Origin: Callorhinchus milii
Taxonomy: Eukaryota
DNA length: 64,000 nucleotides
Direction: 5' to 3'
Assembly (NCBI RefSeq): GCF_018977255.1
Contig: NW_024704742.1
Coordinates: forward strand, 87,360,001-87,424,000
The translations under genes were made by a program, and so were the position numbers. Position 1 is the first letter of the stretch. Every line of letters begins with the position of its first letter. This document shows, piece by piece, positions 58,314 through 64,000 of the stretch. The notes beneath the pieces are model-generated. The model saw only the letters and a list, made by a program, of their open reading frames with translations. It did no database searches and was not told the origin of the DNA.

Positions 58314-59065
58314 TGGACCCTGTCTGCTTGAGACACTAGGATCCCTTTCTCGTGGTTCATTTGGAGCTTTGAAAGCTGCCACTGCAAGCGGATGAAAAAG
58401 ATAACTTTACTCAGTCAACAAGGAAGCACTTTTATTTAAGATGTAAATGGGCGACTTTACTGGTGTCAAATTCTTCATGTGCAGAGAGTGGACCCTTTTG
58501 GATCTTGGACAATTTTAAGCTGTTGCTTGTCTCGAAACTCAGAAGACTTGTTGGTTCTGCCCGATAATGCTGCCTACAAGGTGACTGCGCTGTTCAATGC
58601 AAGTTTTGTTCCTAATATTATTCCTTTGCCATCATTAAAAGATCCACTTAATGATGTTTACATGGACTGGTACTGTACATGCTGGATACTGAAACCCAAA
58701 GTGTAGATAGATTGATATCACACGGTTTGCTCTCTCTGCCTTATCTGTACATAAGCCATCACTTATTTTTTGTGGGTCTGATCTGATTTTAAGCGATGTT
58801 GAAGAAAAACTTTTTTACTCTTTGTAATCTTCCTTGCAGCTTTTAGTGTGCAGTCAAACCCTGGCAATGTTTAACCTAATTATTCAGTGTATAGTACATA
58901 AGTTCAACAGGAATTCCTTCCAGAACAGCAAAAACCTGGAGCCAGGTTTGCAAATCTGTTTTTAATTTCTGCTCTGCCAAAAAGGTTTCCCAGCTGTTTG
59001 TTGCCCTATCTGCTTTTTAAAGATCCTAGAGGATTTTTTTAAAAAAAACGATACTCATTATTTTT

Positions 59066-59445
59066 GTGGAGTCCTGTAGCGTATTGGTTTGAGCACGTGC
59101 TTAGCAAGTGAGAGGACCCAGGTTTGATTCCCGGGCAGAGTAAATCCCTAGGCAAGTTTCCTTACTCCACACAGCTCTGTTTACCTAGCAGTAAGTAGGA
59201 ACCTGGTTGTTATTCGATTGGCAGATCACTTTCTGGGCTAATAAACCCTTCAAAAATAAATAAATTAATAATAATTTGGTCACTTCAATCCACGAGTGTT
59301 TGTGGGACACTGCCATGTGCAATTGGCCTCCACGTTTCGCCCATAAATTATATAGTCAATTGACTTTACGTTATATTCTATGAAGTCCTTTGAGATGTCT
59401 CAACAGCGTGAAAGCGCAATATCAAATGCAAAGATTATTATATAT
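59066..59445 (+). mobile_element. Long-form SINE within the probable DOCK8 3' UTR
   Basis: GTGGAGTCCTGTAGC head, long-form insert, body and tail. Confidence 0.87.
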
Positions 59446-59698
59446 TATTGAGGAGCTGGTGTGAATAATAAAGACTTTTAAAAGAATTGTTTTGCACATT
59501 CGGTAAAATAATACCAATGGAGATGAGACCTAACTTTATAAGTCCAAAAACTGAATATCAGTTAAGAAGTAAAGAGCAAAACAGACCACTGAATATTTGT
59601 ATGTGATTAATTATTATATGCCTTTCAGAAGATGATACACAGCTCAAACCCTATTGCTTCTCCCAATTTCTATGTGTGGAACATGACAAGTGCTTGTT

Positions 59699-59704
59699 AA
59701 TAAA
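59699..59704 (+). terminator. Candidate DOCK8 polyadenylation signal
   Basis: AATAAA in non-repetitive sequence about 1.4 kb after the stop, followed by TG-containing sequence; alternatives at 59255, 59259 and 59467. Confidence 0.45.
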
Positions 59705-62563
59705 ATACCAAGTTTGTAAACCATGTGCCTGCTGTTCAGTATAAAATAACTTTCATGATAAAAGCCATGTGCCTGAGGAGCTGAGATTAAAGGCTAGCTC
59801 TCAATGGTGACCAAAGAAATCCAATGAAAAGAAATGCATCACCTGATATACCTTCGAACAAAACCCGTGAGTGACATGCAACTCTGAAACCTGACCACAG
59901 ACCATATCTGCTGTTCAACTTTGACTTTACCATCACAAAGCACCTGTCTGCTGTGGTCAGTGGGTGATGGCGAATCTTTCACCAAAATTGCATCCGCCAA
60001 TAGCAGGACCTTCCTGTGTGCTGCAGGAACATGCAGTTAAACAGTGAGAGAGAAGGTTGAAAATAGGAATGTATGGAAGTGGGAATGTATGGCAGTGTGG
60101 CAGCATTAAGATGGAATAACAAATAACACATGAGGAGAGATGTTATCAGATTTTTGTTTAATATAATACTGTACAAGCTGTAACAGAAACAGAGAAACAG
60201 AACAGACTATTATAAAATATATTTGACACAAAAAAGTACAGGGTAAAATTGGGATGAAATCAACTGTATGGTGATTAAAATGATTTTAGAGAGATGATTT
60301 TAAGGAGTGTGATTATTTACTTTCGAAGACATTGTGTAAGACAAAAGAAAAAATAATGCCTACGTTACACGAGGGTTTGTGGGACGTTCTTGTACGCAAC
60401 TGGCTGCCAAGTTTTGCCCACAAAACATACAGTCAATTCACTTTACAGTATATTTTGTGAAGCACTTTGAGACATCTCAAAGACATAAGGCGCTATATCA
60501 AATGCAAGGATTATTATTATTATTACATTGCACAAGTGTGTTGGGGGAGGGTAGTGGGATGGGGGAGGGAGGTATATATTTCCAGGAAAGAAGACCAAAC
60601 CTCCTTCAATTGCTGCATTTTAAATTTTAGTCTGCTTAGATTTTTTTTTCTGTCTGAGATATATCCTATCAGACATTTTTTAAATTTCCAATTGTTCTGA
60701 AGATTATTTGTAAATAAGTACTACATGCGGTGGGTTGGGGAGCCAGGGGACTTAGTGGCTCTTGAAAGATATCAATCACCAGAGTAAAACCAGATTATTG
60801 GAGCATACAGAAAGCAGCCTCACCCACCCTTGCATTTCTCAGTTACAAAAGTTTTATGCGTAAAATTGACGGAATCATACTGCACTGAACAGGGTGAAAA
60901 ATGCTGTAGAATTGATGAACTGTTTGTTTGCATGGAGCGTGATCTTCACAGGAAATGCCAGAGCTATCATCCAGCACAGCAGATTAGAAACAAAAATTTG
61001 GCAAGATCAAATCTTTCATTTTAATGATCGGTCTCAAGGCTCCCCGTTGTTCTTTTTTAGATCATGACTGCAGACCTTCCTCTTTGACCGTGCTTACAGT
61101 CACCTCCACCCTTCCCCCCCAGTTCGGTGTCAGTTTCCGCCGCTATTAAGCGCTCCGAGAAGCTGGCTGGTGAAGGGCGCTATTATAAACGCAAGTTGTT
61201 TTTATTGTGTTTGACTGCACTTTCAGTTGTCTTCCCTCTCCCTCTCCCCCACTTCCTCCCCCCACCGGCTTCCTCCCCTGGCTCGAGTGCCAAGCCAGGA
61301 TTGTCAACGCCTTGGGAAGTCCTTCTGATCTGAAAGGAGCTGCATACATGTGAGTTTGTGTTTAAATTTATAATAATGCCACTCTAATTGCATCAACAGT
61401 TTTAATATTTTAAATTATTTTAATTTGTGGACTTTACGTTTTTATTCTTTCATTTTTCGAAGCCTTTCTGTGGTTTTTGGGAGGGGGGGTTATTTTTCTC
61501 CTTGCCGCAAGATTCAGGGTGAACTGAAGATTGCAGTAATTTTCTACAAAGGAGACAGGTGCGACGACGTCTGAAGTCTGTGAAAGAACAGAAAAGAAAC
61601 CCTTCCTTTCACCCACTCAGCACTTCAAAGGGACAATCTGAGGCTCAGGCTGTGCGTACACCATTCATGCCTCGGTTTTTGATCTCTGTTTAATCCATCC
61701 TTGAGGAACAAATGCCGGTAATAAAATCTGGTGCTGTGTTTGTTTAAAGTTCAATAAAGACTTCGTTTCACATATAGATAACGTGCTTCATGATGCCACG
61801 GTTTCCAAAGGAAAGGGCAATTCAGCCCCCAAAAATCTAAACTTATGAAAATAAGCCGTGCTTTTGCAAACTAGTAAACAGAACGGGTTCTCAGCATACA
61901 GCAGCCAAACCAGCCCTTCTGAAAAACTGACAACAAATTGCCAGTCTTGCTCAGAAAGGCTATATCCACCCCTAGCACTGCACTGGAGTATCACCTTAGA
62001 CAATGATTCGAAAGCCCGACATGAAAACAGAAAGTAGAACCAGAAAAGTATTTTTTTAACGTTAAATAGTATTTGTATTTGTTTCAGTGGATTAGGATTA
62101 ATATTACAATATAATATTTGATATATTGATATAAATACAATTATTCCAGGTCTTTAAGTAGCCATATCACTGTCATATTTATTAGTTCAGCATTACAGGT
62201 CCTCCTAGACCTGCCAGCCCTCTTATGGGTTAAGGATTAAGTCACCAATTTAATAAACTATTCTTGGGAAATAGATAAGTTTAAAATGTAAATTTCCATA
62301 TTTCTAAATTTGCACTGCTAGAAAATGCTGGACTATGACTGCTTTATAATAATAATCCTTGCACTTGACATAGCGTCTTTGAAACGTCTCAAAGCCTTTC
62401 ACAGAATATACTGTAAAGTGAATGTATATTTTGTGGGCGAAATGCAGCAGCAGTGTCCCACAAACAGTCGTGGATTGAGGTACAAAATTATTTTAAGACT
62501 CAAAGATCTGACACATCAGTTGAAAAAGAATTATTCATGATAATTGCAGATCCCTTGGCCCCA

Positions 62564-62644
62564 CTTAAGAGTATCCAAACCAGACCGAGTTCCACAAAAC
62601 TTATACAAAAGTGCAATTCTCAGTCTGGTTTGGATACTCTTAAG
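62564..62644. repeat. Hairpin with 22-bp perfect inverted arms
   Basis: CTTAAGAGTATCCAAACCAGAC (62564-62585) / GTCTGGTTTGGATACTCTTAAG (62623-62644). Confidence 0.85.
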
Positions 62645-62930
62645 CATGCTGACTCATTTCTACATGTGTTACTCACCTGGCTGACCAAAAAAAACAACTT
62701 CAAACTGAAGCTTTCAGAGCACTGAAAACCCTAAAGAGCATTATTGTATGCTGAAACTAAAAGAGGCACTGTCAGAAAACTGATGCAGCAGGCCTTTATC
62801 ATGGATAAGATCATTTATTTGAGTGACTTCATCCATTAGGTTTGAGCTGCTCACTACTAGCCTGAGTTAGAAAGTGAAATGTTCAGGCTCCATCGTTGCA
62901 GAAACTGCACATTAAAATTCGGCAAATATA

Positions 62931-63115
62931 AGGCCCTAATTTGTGGTACTTCTTTATGGGATTCCTTAATAAGGAATCTGGTTTGAATCCCTGTTGGAAA
63001 CTCTAGATCATTTCAGAGCAGAGTTCCAAAGGATCAGTGGGCTCAACCTGGGTAACCTAGTCATTAAGAATTATTATGAAGAAATCCCATTAAGAAATAC
63101 TAGAAATTAGGCCCT
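62931..63115. mobile_element. MITE with 37-bp imperfect TIRs (PIF/Harbinger-like termini)
   Basis: AGGCCCTAATTTGTGGTACTTCTTTATGGGATTCCTT versus the reverse-complemented right end AGGGCCTAATTTCTAGTATTTCTTAATGGGATTTCTT (6 mismatches). Confidence 0.65.
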
Positions 63116-63788
63116 GAGGTCTATTGATAGTAATTTAGCGTAATTCTACATTGTAATTAAGACAATCTGGCTCTCAAGAGTGAGAAAGAGTCTCAAAGGA
63201 TGAGACACGACACCTGCAGTTGGTATGCTTATTTAAATTACTGAAAAGCTATTTTGTCTATCGAAAAGTGCTAAAGGTGCTGTCACCCTAAACGTTTCAA
63301 TCCCACCACTTCATATAAAACTGAATATGGCACAACTAACGTTTCTGCTTATCTTCTTACTATATATGTTTTTATTGACATAAAAATACTTATCGATTAT
63401 GGAATAATTTGCTTAAGACATTTAAATCATAGTGTGCTGAAGTTATTTTTTATTCCAACAAAAATGCACTTTTAAAGATTATTCTTATCTCCCCTGTGCC
63501 AGTAATGCTAATAGACTTCCCAAAGAAAGGAAAGTGCCCTTAAGTACCATCCAGCTACTCTCATTGACACAGATAGAAACTACGGGCATAGATACCAGTG
63601 CTTGTTGCCAGACAATTTTCCTGTTGCTTGGAGAACCTATTCTCATAAGGCTACTTTTGTATGTATTTGTATCAATAAGTATTGAGACATCACTCTTTGG
63701 AGTGATGATGACAGGAAGGCACTGACATTTTTATGTACAGATTCCATATATCTGTATTGACTAAATAAGATGAACCATAGCACCTGAC

Positions 63789-64000
63789 AATAATAATCCT
63801 TGCATTTGATATAGTGCCTTATCACGTCTTCAAGAAATCTCAAAGCGCTTCACAGAATATACTGTAAAGTGAATGTACTGTGTATTTTGTGGGCAAAACC
63901 CGGCAGCCAATTGCACACAGCAGTGCCCCACAAACAGTCGTGAATTGAAGTGACCAATTTATTATTATTATTTTTAAGGGATTATTATCCTTGGAAAAGC
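63789..64000 (-). mobile_element. SINE 3' part, running off the window edge
   Basis: Reverse-complement family tail and body. Other minus-strand 3' fragments at about 2644-2750, 6887-6990, 17518-17630, 44445-44610, 51235-51335 and 62347-62480. Confidence 0.85.

Overview
Vertebrate genomic DNA, most likely from a cartilaginous fish (inferred from the Deu-domain SINE, L2 and CR1 repeat landscape; the species cannot be confirmed from sequence alone). The + strand carries the 3' three-quarters of a DOCK8 gene: 34 GT-AG exons from 10004 to a TGA stop at 58311-58313. They total 4642 nt, keep one open frame (about 1546 aa), encode the DHR-1/C2 domain, the ARM-like middle region and the DHR-2 GEF domain, and correspond to human DOCK8 exons 15-48. 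The large intron upstream of the first visible exon holds, on the - strand, exon 1 of an angiopoietin-like gene of the ANGPTL3/4/8 clade (signal peptide, SE1 LPL-binding motif, coiled coil, TATA box, phase-0 donor). This is the same nested position as ANGPTL3 in DOCK7 and ANGPTL8 in DOCK6, so it is a candidate fourth ohnolog, which human DOCK8 lacks. Introns are filled with a young tRNA-Ala-headed SINE family in two length classes, older Deu-domain SINEs, L2 and CR1 fragments, small hAT- and Harbinger-like MITEs, and an unclassified repeat of about 330 bp. Exon boundaries were read by eye; repeat boundaries are approximate.
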